This document shows positions 52,906-64,000 of a stretch of DNA of 64,000 nt, one piece after another (within the stretch, counting starts at the first letter, position 1; the number at the start of each line of letters is the position of its first letter). A program made the position numbers and the translations under genes. Below the pieces are notes generated by a model that was given only the letters and a program-made list of their open reading frames with translations, did not search any database and had not been told where the DNA came from. This DNA is from Macrostomum hystrix (taxonomy: Eukaryota; Animalia; Platyhelminthes): contig CATNEN010000039.1 in NCBI GenBank assembly GCA_950097015.1, positions 20,212,001 through 20,276,000 on the forward strand, in the 5' to 3' direction.

Positions 52906-53446
52906 ACAGTCTCATGTCTACATTGAGCAATTCTTTCAGTAGTCTCATTTTCCTTTGAACAGTCTTATCTCTAATTTCAGCATTCTCATCTCTAATTTGA
53001 GCAGTCTCTACTTTGAAAAGGCTTAGACTAGACTTTACTACGAGTATGATTACTCCCAGTCTGATTTCGACTTTTGAAATGAAGCGACAAAATTTTTCTA
53101 AATACCCGTAGTACATAATATAAATCTTGGGTTCTTAGAATCTGCTGTGTCGATAATTTAAAAAAATTCAAATGCGCCTTCAATTAGTTTTATGTAACCT
53201 GAAAGTAATCGGAAATGGGATAATCTCTAGGGATTAGAGTCAGAAGAAAGATTTTAACGGTTATAATTGATTTTTACAACCTTTAATTGAATAGCCGATC
53301 AAGCTACTCTACTAGTAGTACAATTTTAAGAAAAACGGAACTAAACTGTCGTAGAAATTTCACCGAAGCATGCAACCGCAGTTATTAACAGTAAAAATAC
53401 AACACTATTTTTCCCCTGGGGATCACGGGTAAAATTTCAAAGACCG

Positions 53447-53866
53447 CCGACTTTCGCGAAAGTCCACCATCTGAATCAAAATTTTCCGCTCTTTACGAGG
53501 AACTTTCAAAACTGTCCGACGTCAGCATCGTCGAAATATTCTGAGATTCTTGTCGACGACGCTGGTGACAAGGACAGCTAACATTGCTCTGAAATACGAG
53601 CTAAACTTTTTTCTTCGAATCCATATTGTTAAAAAATGCAAAATATTTACTATTCAGTGATTCCAACAGTCAACGACAGTCGACGTGGTTAGATGATGAA
53701 TTTTTTAGCAGAAAAATTATGCCTTTTTTGGTGGTTTTTGTCACCAGACACCCGGACGAGAAGCGTTGAATATCTCGACGATGTCAATGTTTCGCGGTTC
53801 TGGAAGTTGTTTCATCGGATAGAGCGGAAATTTTTAGCTCGTCTTCAGGATTTTCGTGGCGATCGG
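53447..53866. repeat. Diverged long inverted repeat (arms about 53447-53571 and 53738-53866); possible MITE/foldback relic
   Basis: The reverse complement of the left arm aligns colinearly with the right arm: ttgtcaccag, gaatat(t/c)tcgacgatg, gtt(t/c)tg(a/g)aagtt, agagcggaaa(a/t)tttt, gga(c/t)tttcg. Confidence 0.6.
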
Positions 53867-55074
53867 TTGAATAATTTCGGAAATACAGAAAAAAGGAAAA
53901 ATGTTAAGCGACCCTTTGACAAGCTGTGTACATCTGTTTAGTCCATGGACTTGGCAGGCCACCACACGCGCCAAAGTTTCTGCTGGATGCAATAAAGCAC
54001 TGAAGCACTAGGTAATTAAGTATCTTGCTCGAATTAAGCCGGAAGCTATAAATCAGTGGACTCAAAGCAATTCAAATTTTATTTAAGCATCCTTCGAAAA
54101 GTGCAAATTCAGTCTAGTTGCCAATGGGGAGGGGAAGAGCGTGAAGCAGAAATTCCTGCGATGAGATATACGAGCTAGGGATCTGCTCAGCTCTTCCCAG
54201 GTGAGAACCAGCTCTCTCTACCCACACCAGAGCTGTCTATCATTATGCCTCCCTGAGCCTCTACCCGTTGCTATGGCAACAGCCCAAGCTGCTCCGGGTG
54301 ATAGCCCGGCTCCGAAAAGCAGCTCATGAAGCTGGCTATCTATCTGGCTCCGTTAGATTCTCGATTGCCACAAATCCTTTGAGAACAGCTGGCAGTTGTG
54401 TCATGTTTATCGATGCATTAGCCTTGCCACACTGCACAGGCACTAGCTAGCTACTGTAGGTGTGTGACTGTTGCCTATTTACCAATATAGCACTGTTATA
54501 TAAGGCAACGCTATAGCTCTCAGCTGTCCCCATTGGCAGAGCTAAGTATTCACGCTTTTAATAATCGCTCAAAGGGGGCTTAAGCTGACATAGCTGAATG
54601 CGTAAGGTGCTATTGTGTGGGTGAATGGCAGTCCTTCTATTCTGCCCTCAATCTAAAATATAGTGGCGCATAAGGCAGCAAAACTTATAATGGGCAGTTT
54701 TTTTAAGGAACGACTTCAAGCAGAAGCCAAGCAATTGGATAGGTAAGAAAGATGCAATATTGTTGACCGCTGCTTGGCCTGAAAGACCGCATGATGGATG
54801 GAGACGGGCGCTGAGTAGAGAGAAATAGAAGGTACGGTTTTAGTGCCCCTATCAGCCAATAGGAATTGAAAAGACACGGATGAATTGCAGGTGAGTTTGG
54901 CCGGGCGGTTGGAGAGAAGAAATAGAGCACATGGGGCTCTCATTGCCTCCAGAACACAATAAATTTTAGGACTCATTCTAATCACTTTGATCAAAATCGT
55001 ACACCTAAACAATAATCGATCGTACTGAAGCGGATAGATCTGAGAAATAGGGGAACATAACAAGCTCTTGTAGA

Positions 55075-58000
55075 ATGACGGACTCAATTCTTATGCTGGA
55101 CCGAGTCAGCAGGTCTCTGAGAGCTCTGCCCAGTCAAAGGAACGAGGACGACCTGGTGATGATCATGAACTGGTTCAAGGATCTGTCACGAGCTGAGGCT
55201 AAGAAGGGCAAAGTGTGCGTTCTTGGCGAACTGGAAGATGGTGAGTCCGCTGTTTTGTGGAGACTCAGTGACGTAGACTCAGCGTGTCCCAGTAAAGTCC
55301 ATAAAACTCCGCTGTGAGGCCACATTCGCGAAGACAAGGCGCTTGGTAGATTGTCGTGTGAGTCATACGAGCGGCGCCTATGTTCAGTGCGTATCAGTGT
55401 TCACGTGTATCTTGCAGGTGTTCATCAGAATGACCAGAATCGCATTCTCGATGGCTGCGGGTCGTCTATCGCCAATGGATGTGTCACGGCCCACAAACCG
55501 AGTCAATATTGAAACAATTTTTTGATTGACAGGTGCAGGTACCTGACCTCGATCCCGCCCGTAGTCTAGTTTGGGGCCTTGTCGTGCAGTTTACGACCTT
55601 GAGGGCCAACCTCCAAGGCACAGTGAAGTGTACACTGCCCGACAATGAGAAGTCAGGGCAGATGTACACACCTGTGTGAGTGTGTGCCTGCGTCAGCAAT
55701 GCCAGGAGTCAGCAAAATGGGCAGAATGGCCTCCTCGCCGTCTGCGGGTCTTGTGTCACCAAATGATGTGCCAGTGTCCAGAGCCCTCCTGCAAAATAGT
55801 AATAAATATTATAATCATTAACATTATTATACTCGTATGATTGACAGGTAGTTAAATATTGTAATACAACTAGCGTCATTGAATTTCGAGCTGAAATTAT
55901 AGGACCGAAGAGAAAAACAAACGAAGAATGGCAGTATGCACAGCAATAAATAATATTTTGGCGCTTAGCTAACTCTGCGTTCCATTGCGCTTTGGGAACT
56001 GGCGGACCCCCTGCTGGGTCATAATTGATGCTTGCAGAAGAAGACAACTCGTACAAGTGGGACAAAGTGAGCAACGGTTTATACTCTCAGGTTCCAACCC
56101 AGCCCCTGTCTCTGCAGCTATTCATCACTTAAGACTCAGAACAATGTAGCCACAGAATTTTCAGTTAGAATAGTAATTGAATGAATTCCTGCTGAATGTT
56201 GTTATGCTATCTCAATAGGCAGCTTCTGAATTATTGTCAGACCTACAAAAAGGTGGCACCCATACACCTGCAGCACTATTCTATGCCTCCCTTTCCCCAG
56301 AGCGCGTAAAGACGGACATATCAGAGTTTTTTAAAACGCAGACTGTGCGTTTTCTCATTTGCCTGTGCATAGGGTACACCGCAGACAAAGCACAATCTGG
56401 CGAACTAAGCAGATAGAGATGGGTGTCGTTGAAAGGTTCTTTGGTGACTTGATGGGATGCCACTTGATTTTCTTCAGTCCTCAACAAACTAAAATTTTAT
56501 GTAACAATCGATGTCATTTAAGTGCATCTCTGAACTCGTAATCAGTGCTTTGAAATTTTCGTTTCAAAGGCGTCCTGAAGGCCCTTGTGAAGGACTGCGA
56601 ACTAGAAACCAGCGAGACAGGCTGCCTATTGATCAAGCAGGGCAACACCGGCGACTTCATGTACATCATCCTGTCCGGCGAGTGCGAGGTGCGTGTCTCT
56701 AGCAATGAGAACTCGCTGCGCGAGCGAGACATCATTCGCGGCGGTCAGAAAGAATTCGGCGACGCGCTCGGTGTTCTTGTCGGCGTTGTGGGACGTAAGT
56801 TTATTGTTCTCATTGTGTCTTTCCTCAATTAAATCCATGTCATTCGATGTGTCTTCGACGTGTCTTCGACGTGTCTTCGACGTGTCTTCGACGTGTCTTC
56901 GACGTGTCTTCGACGTGTCTTCGACGTGTCTTCGACGTGTCTTCGACGTGTCTTCGACGTGTCTTCGACGTGTCTTCGACGTGTCTTCGACGTGTCTTCG
57001 ACGTGTCTTCGACGTGTCTTCGACGTGTCTTCGACGTGTCTTCGACGTGTCTTCGACGTGTCTTCGACGTGTCTTCGACGTGTCTTCGACGTGTCTTCGA
57101 CGTGTCTTCGACGTGTCTTCGACGTGTCTTCGACGTGTCTTCGACGTGTCTTCGACGTGTCTTCGACGTGTCTTCGACGTGTCTTCGACGTGTCTTCGAC
57201 GTGTCTTCGACGTGTCTTCGACGTGTCTTCGACGTGTCTTCGACGTGTCTTCGACGTGTCTTCGACATTTCTTACCATATAACTCACCCCGAAGTGAAAG
57301 GATCCTGTTAATAATTTGCAGCTGGAGCAGTGATTGGCGAGGTGGCCCTAGTTAAAAACGTCACTCGCACAGCTAATGTGATTGTCAGCCCCACCACTGA
57401 GGCCTGCACAATGATTCGCATCTCTCGCGACCTGTTCGATCGCACCCTGGAGCAGCACCTCAGAAAGTTGGAGCAGGAGCGAGAAGACTTTACCAATTCC
57501 TTCCACTTGGTCAGCAATTTCAATCCCAAGTTGCGGCAGCAATTCATTCGTGCACTGATGAAGGAGAAGCATTACAATAGCGACATAATTGTCAGACAGG
57601 GTGACAAAATCGAGGATGTCTACTTTATTGTTAGGTAAACTGGGGGAGATACCTTTTAATTGCCAGTTGAAAATGTTTCTTGAAAGACCATTGCAATACT
57701 GGTTTTGTCCATGGGGTGAGTGGCAGAGCAATTAACGCGTCTGCCTCTCGCGCCAAGGTCCCTAAACTCGATTCCGCGGCGAGGCCACATTCATTTGGGG
57801 CGCAGCCGTGGAGAGGAAGGCTTGTGGCTTGTTGTACAATTTACGCCCTTCAAGGGGGGAAAACTTCAAAGCAACATTGAAGCGTACACTGCCTGACGAT
57901 GAGAAAGTCAGGGCAGATGTACACACCTGTGTGAGCGTGTGCTCAGTAGTCAGCGGAATGGGCAGAATTGCCACCACGTAGGCTGCGGGTCTGGTGTCAC

Positions 58001-58641
58001 CAAATAATGTGCCATTGCCCGCAGCCCTCCTGCAGTTATTATTATTATTTATGTTATTATAATTGGTCCTATCCGCACAACTGATATGTTGCTCTTACCT
58101 ACTCATGACTCGCAGCGGTGACGTCATTCTCTACCTGAACCCAACCAAGCTGGTGTCGCAGTACGAGTTGCACCTTCAGGCCAAGAATGTCTACTCGATC
58201 CTACCGGAGGCTTCCAAGAAGGTCCATCGTCACGCGGCCATGTCGCGTCACCATGACGCCAACGGTGGCTCGGCATCGTCGACGCCTTCGTCGCACTCAT
58301 CGTCGCCGAATTCAAGCACGAAGGTGATCTGGAGCTGCGTCAGTAAGAATGGCATGCTCGGTGACTTCGAGGTGCTGGCTCAGCTGCCAAGTCGAATGAC
58401 TACCGCTGTGGCGCAGACGGAGATCACGCTGTTCCGCATGAACCTGCCAGAGTTTCGCCGGCTCGTGATCAAGGAGGGCCGCGAGACTGCCAAGGAGGCG
58501 CGCAGTTTAGCGAAAACAGCGCTGCGCTTCCGAAATAGCAAACGGCGCGAGAAGCTCGACCCGCGCGAGCAGACCGAGAGCGAGGTCGGCTTCGTCGACT
58601 ACCTGATCCGCGCCATCGACCAGCTGGCGATGCCCACCTAA
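55075..58641 (+). CDS. Cyclic nucleotide-binding domain protein with two CNB domains (CNBD1/CNBD2-like), about 409 aa
   Basis: Exons: 55075-55240, 56570-56794, 57322-57634, 58116-58641 (1230 nt, phases 1,1,2 consistent). CNB-A: LIKQGNTGDFMYIILSGECEV...GAVIGEVALVKNVTRTANV. CNB-B: IVRQGDKIEDVYFIVSGDV...GMLGDFEVLAQLPSRMTTAVA. An acceptor (cttgtag) lies 1 nt before the ATG. A possible non-coding upstream exon ends at 54200 (cccag|gtgaga). Confidence 0.87.
55572..55803 (+). mobile_element. tRNA-derived SINE, 5'-truncated or degenerate copy 5 (in CNBD intron)
   Basis: cttgtcgtgcagtttacg...gagggccaacctccaaggcacagtg...gtcaccaaatgatgtgcca...ccctcctgcaa matches the SINE body and 3' end. A remnant B box (ctcgatcccgc) lies near 55548. 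Confidence 0.82.
56844..57266. repeat. Perfect 11-bp CpG-rich satellite (TTCGACGTGTC) in CNBD intron
   Basis: About 38 units with no visible internal variants. Confidence 0.97.
57713..58050 (+). mobile_element. tRNA-derived SINE, near full-length copy 6 (in CNBD intron)
   Basis: ggggtgagtggcagagcaattaacgcg...ctcgattccgcggcgaggccaca head, conserved body, (ATT)n tail. Confidence 0.88.
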
Positions 58642-58743
58642 GGCCGCTGCTGCTGCGAGTATCCTACTGCTAATCCAGTTTCTTCTGTTACCAAGCAACT
58701 TGACGCTCCACTAGTTATTCTCACGACTCTCCACTTCCCTCAC

Positions 58744-60132
58744 CTGGTCCTTCCCTCCCTCATCTGTACCTTCTCTCTTGTCCTTCTCTCATCTGGTCCT
58801 TCCGTCATCTGGTCCTTCCTTCTCTCATCTGTACCTTCTCTCTTGTCCTTCTCTCATCTGGTCCTTCTCTCATCTGGTCCTTCCGTCATCTGGTCCTTCC
58901 TTCTCTGATCTGGTACTTCCTTCTCTCATCTGGTACTTCCTTCTCTGATCTGGTCCTTCCTTCTCTCATCTGGTCCTTCCTTCTCTCATCCGGTCCTTCC
59001 TTCTCTCATCTGGTCCTTCCTTCTCTCATCTGTACCTTCTCTCTTGTCCTTCTCTCATCTGGTCCTTCTCTCATCTGGTCCTTCCGTCATCTGGTCCTTC
59101 CTTCTCTGATCTGGTCCTTCCTTCTCTCATCTGGTTCTTCCTTCTCTCATCTGGTCCTTCCTTCTCTCATCTGTTCCTTCCTTTTCTCATCTGGTCCTTC
59201 CTTCTCTCATCTGGTCCTTCCTTCTCTGATCTGGTCCTACCTTCTCTCATCTGGTCCTTCCTTCTCTCATCCGGTCCTTCCTTCTCTCATCTGGTCCTTC
59301 CTTCTCTCATCTGTTCCTTCCTTTTCTGATCTGGTCCTTCCTTCTCTCATCTGGTCCTTCCTTCTCTCATCTGGTCCTTCCTTCTCTCATCCGGTCCTTC
59401 CTTCTCTCATCTGGTCCTTCCTTCTCTCATCTGTTCCTTCCTTTTCTGATCTGGTCCTTCCTTCTCTCATCTGGTCCTTCCTTCTCTCATCTGGTCCTTC
59501 CTTCTCTCATCTGGTCCTTCCTTCTCTCATCTGGTCCTTCCTTCTCTCATCCGGTCCTTCCTTCTCTCATCTGGTCCTTCCTTCTCTCATCTGGTCCTTC
59601 CTTCTCTCATCCGGTCCTTCCTTCTCTCATCTGGTCCTTCCTTCTCTCATCTGTTCCTTCCTTTTCTGATCTGGTCCTTCCTTCTCTCATCTGGTCCTTC
59701 CTTCTCTCATCTGGTCCTTCCTTCTCTCATCTGGTCCTTCCTTCTCTCATCCGGTCCTTCCTTCTCTCATCTGGTCCTTCCTTCTCTGATCTGGTCCTTC
59801 CTTCTCTGATCTGGTCCTTCCTTCTCTCATCTGGTTCTTCCTTCTCTCATCTGGTTCTTCCTTCTCTCATCTGGTTCTTCCTTCTCTCATCTGGTTCTTC
59901 CTTCTCTCATCTGGTTCTTCCTTCTCTCATCTGTTCCTTCCTTTTCTGATCTGGTCCTTCCTTCTCTCATCTGGTCCTTCCTTCTCTGATCTGGTCCTTC
60001 CTTCTCTCATCTGTTCCTTCCTTCTCTCATCTGTTCCTTCCTTCTCTCATCTGTTCCTTCCTTCTCTGATCTGGTCCTTCCTTCCCTCAACAGGTGCTTC
60101 CTTCATCTGGTCCTTCCGTCATCTGGTCCTTC
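58744..60132. repeat. 20-bp pyrimidine-rich satellite (TCTGGTCCTTCCTTCTCTCA)
   Basis: Direct inspection. Confidence 0.95.
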
Positions 60133-60651
60133 TCCTCAATTCAGTGATTCCCCCCAGTAACTCTTACCAGAGGACCAGTTTGTGAGTGACAAAGGTAGCA
60201 CTGTCAGCGCATTCTTCATAACCCATGAATGCACACAGCCCTGGTATCGTATGTTTATAAACCTTACCTGACTACTTCTGATTTTCCTGATTTAATTTAC
60301 GCAAAATTTTTTCTTAGATACATATTTACGAGTAACAAACAACCAAATTTACTCCACTCTATTAATTCAATGCAATCAAATATTCGATAATATAACTTAA
60401 AGCAAGGAAGTCAGTGCCACAGACCACACTGCACTGACAACCTGACAACAATAACGCCCCTGGTGATGTTAGCCTTGGCCATTAAAGGTCTGTAAATACT
60501 CGTAGTTATTATCTAAGATTGCTACACAACATACCATCCTGATGTACAACAAAGGAAATAAAAGCTATCGTAAATTTTGGTATTTTTTGTCTATTTATCA
60601 AATGATTTGATGGCCTCTGTTGCTAAATTCCTTGCAAATTGCCCTTCTCTC

Positions 60652-63600
60652 CTTCTCTTATCTGGTCCTTCTCTTATCTGGTCCTTCTCTCATCTGGTCC
60701 TTCTCTCAACTGGTCCTTCTCTTAACTGGTCCTTCTCTTAACTGGTCCTTCTCTCATCTGGTCCTTCTCTCATCTGGTCCTTCTCTTAACTGGTCCTTCT
60801 CTCAACTGGTCCTTCTCTCATCTGGTCCTTCTCTTAACTGGTCCTTCTCTCATGTTTTTCTTCTCTTAACTGGTCCTTCTCTCATCTGGTCCTTCTCTTA
60901 ACTGGTCCTTCTCTCATCTGGTCCTTCTCTCATCTGGTCCTTCTCTCATCTGGTCCTTCTCTTAACTGGTCCTTCTCTCATCTGGTCCTTCTCTTAACTG
61001 GTCCTTCTCTCATCTGGTCCTTCTCTCAACTGGTCCTTCTCTCATCTGTTTCTTCTCTTAACTGGTCCTTCTCTCATCACGTGCTTCTCTCAACTGGCCG
61101 TTCTCTCAACTGGTCCTTCTCTCATTACGTGCTTCTCTCAACTGGTCCTTCTCTCATCACGTGCTTCTCTCAACTGGTCCTTCTCTCATCACGTGCTTCT
61201 CTCAACTGGCCCTTCTCTCAACTGGCCCTTCTCTCAACTGGCCCTTCTCTCAACTGGCCCTTCTCTCAACTGGTCCTTCTCTCATCACGTGCTTCTCTCA
61301 ACTGGTCCTTCTCTCATCTGGTCCTTCTCTCAACTGGTCCTTCTCTCAACTGGTCCTTCTCTCATTACGTGCTTCTCTCAACTGGTCCTTCTCTCATCAC
61401 GTGCTTCTCTCAACTGGTCCTTCTCTCATCACGTGCTTCTCTCAACTGGTCCTTCTCTCATCTGGTCCTTCTCTCAACTGGTCCTTCTCTCAACTGGTCC
61501 TACTATCATCTGGTCCTTCTCTCATCACGTGCTTCTCTCAACTGGTCCTTCTCTCATCTGGTCCTTCTCTTAACTGGTCCTTCTCTCATCTGGTCCTTCT
61601 CTTAACTGGTCCTTCTCTCGACTGGTTCTTCTCTTATCTGGTCCTTCTCTCAACTGGTCCTTCTCTCAACTGGTCCTTCTCTCAACTGGTCCTTCTCTCA
61701 TCTGTTTCTTCTCTTAACTGGTCCTTCTCTCATCTGGTCCTTCTCTCATGTTTTTCTTCTCTTAACTGGTCCTTCTCTCATCTGGTCCTTCTCTTAACTG
61801 GTCCTTCTCTCAACTGGTCCTTCTCTTATCTGGTCCTTCTCTCAACTGGTCCTTCTCTCAACTGGTCCTTCTCTCATCTGTTTCTTCTCTTAACTCGTCC
61901 TTCTCTCATCTGGTCCTTCTCTTATCTGGTCCTTCTCTCAACTGGTCCTTCTCTCAACTGGTCCTTCTCTCATCTGTTTCTTCTCTTAACTGGTCCTTCT
62001 CTCATCTGGTCCTTCTCTTAACTGGTCCTTCTCTCATCTGGTCCTTCTCTTAACTGGTCCTTCTTTCATCTGTTTCTTCTCTTAACTGGTCCTTCTCTCA
62101 TCTGGTCCTTCTCTTAACTGGTCCTTCTCTCATCTGGTCCTTCTCTTAACTGGTCCTTCTCTCAACTGGTCCTTCTCTTAACTGGTCCTTCTCTCATCTG
62201 GTCCTTCTCTTAACTGGTCCTTCTCTCATCTGGTCCTTCTCTTAACTGGTCCTTCTCTCATCTGGTCCTTCTCTCAACTGGTCCTTCTCTCAACTGGTCC
62301 TACTATCATCTGGTCCTTCTCTCATCACGTGCTTCTCTCAACTGGTCCTTCTCTCATCTGGTCCTTCTCTTAACTGGTCCTTCTCTCATCTGGTCCTTCT
62401 CTTAACTGGTCCTTCTCTCGACTGGTCCTTCTCTTAACTGGTCCTTCTCTCATCTGGTCCTTCTCTCAACTGGTCCTTCTCTCATCTGTTTCTTCTCTTA
62501 ACTGGTCCTTCTCTCATCTGGTCCTTCTCTCATGTTTTTCTTCTCTTAACTGGTCCTTCTCTCATCTGGTCCTTCTCTTAACTGGTCCTTCTCTCAACTG
62601 GTCCTTCTCTTATCTGGTCCTTCTCTCAACTGGTCCTTCTCTCAACTGGTCCTTCTCTCATCTGTTTCTTCTCTTAACTCGTCCTTCTCTCATCTGGTCC
62701 TTCTCTTAACTGGTCCTTCTCAATATCTGGCCCTTCTCTTATCTGGTCCTTCTCTCAACTGGTCCTTCTCTCAACTGGTCCTTCTCTCATCTGTTTCTTC
62801 TCTTAACTGGTCCTTCTCTCATCTGGTCCTTCTCTTAACTGGTCCTTCTCTCATCTGGTCCTTCTCTTAACTGGTCCTTCTTTCATCTGGTCCTTCTCTT
62901 AACTGGTCCTTCTCTCATCTGGTCCGTCTCTTAACTGGTCCTTCTCTCATCTGGTCCTTCTCTTAACTGGTCCTTCTCTCAACTGGTCCTTCTCTTAACT
63001 GGTCCTTCTCTCATCTGGTCCTTCTCTTAACTGGTCCTTCTCTCATCTGGTCCTTCTCTTAACTGGTCCTTCTCTCATCTGGTCCTTCTCTTAAAAGGTC
63101 CTTCTCTCATCTGGTCCTTCTCTTAACTGGTCCTTCTCTCATCTGGTCCTTCTCTTAACTGGTCCTTCTCTCATCTGGTCCTTCTCTTAACTGGTCCTTC
63201 TCTCGACTGGTCCTTCTCTTAACTGGTCCTTCTCTCATCTGGTCCTTCTCTTAACTGGTCCTTCTCTCATCTGGTCCTTCTCTCAACTGGTCCTTCTCTC
63301 AACTGGTCCTACTATCATCTGGTCCTTCTCTCATCACGTGCTTCTCTCAACTGGTCCTTCTCTCATCTGGTCCTTCTCTTAACTGGTCCTTCTCTCATCT
63401 GGTCCTTCTCTTAACTGGTCCTTCTCTCGACTGGTCCTTCTCTCATCTGGTCCTTCTCTCATCTGGTCCTTCTCTCAACTGGTCCTTCTCTCATCTGTTT
63501 CTTCTCTTAACTGGTCCTTCTCTCATCTGGTCCTTCTCTCATGTTTTTCTTCTCTTAACTGGTCCTTCTCTCATCTGGTCCTTCTCTTAACTGGTCCTTC

Positions 63601-64000
63601 TCTCAACTGGTCCTTCTCTTATCTGGTCCTTCTCTCAACTGGTCCTTCTCTCAACTGGTCCTTCTCTCATCTGTTTCTTCTCTTAACTCGTCCTTCTCTC
63701 ATCTGGTCCTTCTCTTAACTGGTCCTTCTCAATATCTGGCCCTTCTCTTATCTGGTCCTTCTCTCAACTGGTCCTTCTCTCAACTGGTCCTTCTCTCATC
63801 TGTTTCTTCTCTTAACTGGTCCTTCTCTCATCTGGTCCTTCTCTTAACTGGTCCTTCTCTCATCTGGTCCTTCTCTTAACTGGTCCTTCTTTCATCTGGT
63901 CCTTCTCTTAACTGGTCCTTCTCTCATCTGGTCCGTCTCTTAACTGGTCCTTCTCTCATCTGGTCCTTCTCTTAACTGGTCCTTCTCTCAACTGGTCCTT
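60652..64000. repeat. 16-bp pyrimidine-rich satellite (WCTGGTCCTTCTCTYA) with ~0.8-1 kb higher-order repeats; runs off the window end
   Basis: The rare variant TACTATCATC recurs at 61501, 62301 and 63310. Confidence 0.96.

Noticed and set aside
57884-57922. Hammerhead ribozyme in the SINE (CTGACGA-TGA-GAAA-GTC)
   Set aside because: Core-like words are present, but there is no stem II or stem III. CTGAC pairs directly with GTCAG in a simple hairpin (GTACACTGCCTGAC/GTCAGGGCAGATGTAC), and the core is not kept in copies 3 and 5.

Overview
Eukaryotic (metazoan) genomic DNA with GT-AG introns. The gene content, short introns and extreme density of unrelated short-unit tandem repeats suggest a free-living flatworm such as Macrostomum; this is an inference, not demonstrated. 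Four protein-coding genes can be reconstructed by hand with phase-consistent splice sites. (1) An SLC6 Na+/Cl- neurotransmitter transporter of the glycine-transporter type (minus strand, 3' end beyond the window start). (2) A DEG/ENaC (FaNaC-like) channel subunit with no intron in its core ORF and non-canonical gate/filter residues (minus). (3) A 9-exon protocadherin with 7 cadherin repeats (minus, about 1152 aa). (4) A stand-alone protein with two cyclic-nucleotide-binding domains (plus, about 409 aa). A ~360-bp tRNA-derived SINE with a highly structured body and (ATT)n tail occurs as 6 long copies plus fragments. About 28 kb (~44% by my rough tally) consists of about 27 tandem arrays, almost all with a different 4-54 bp unit. 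Most long ORFs in the ORF track are artefacts of these arrays. The most interesting signals are the SINE, the altered DEG/ENaC pore, a minisatellite that flips orientation at a perfect hairpin, a diverged foldback element upstream of the CNBD gene, and satellites lying directly after stop codons. I found no prokaryotic-type system such as CRISPR.
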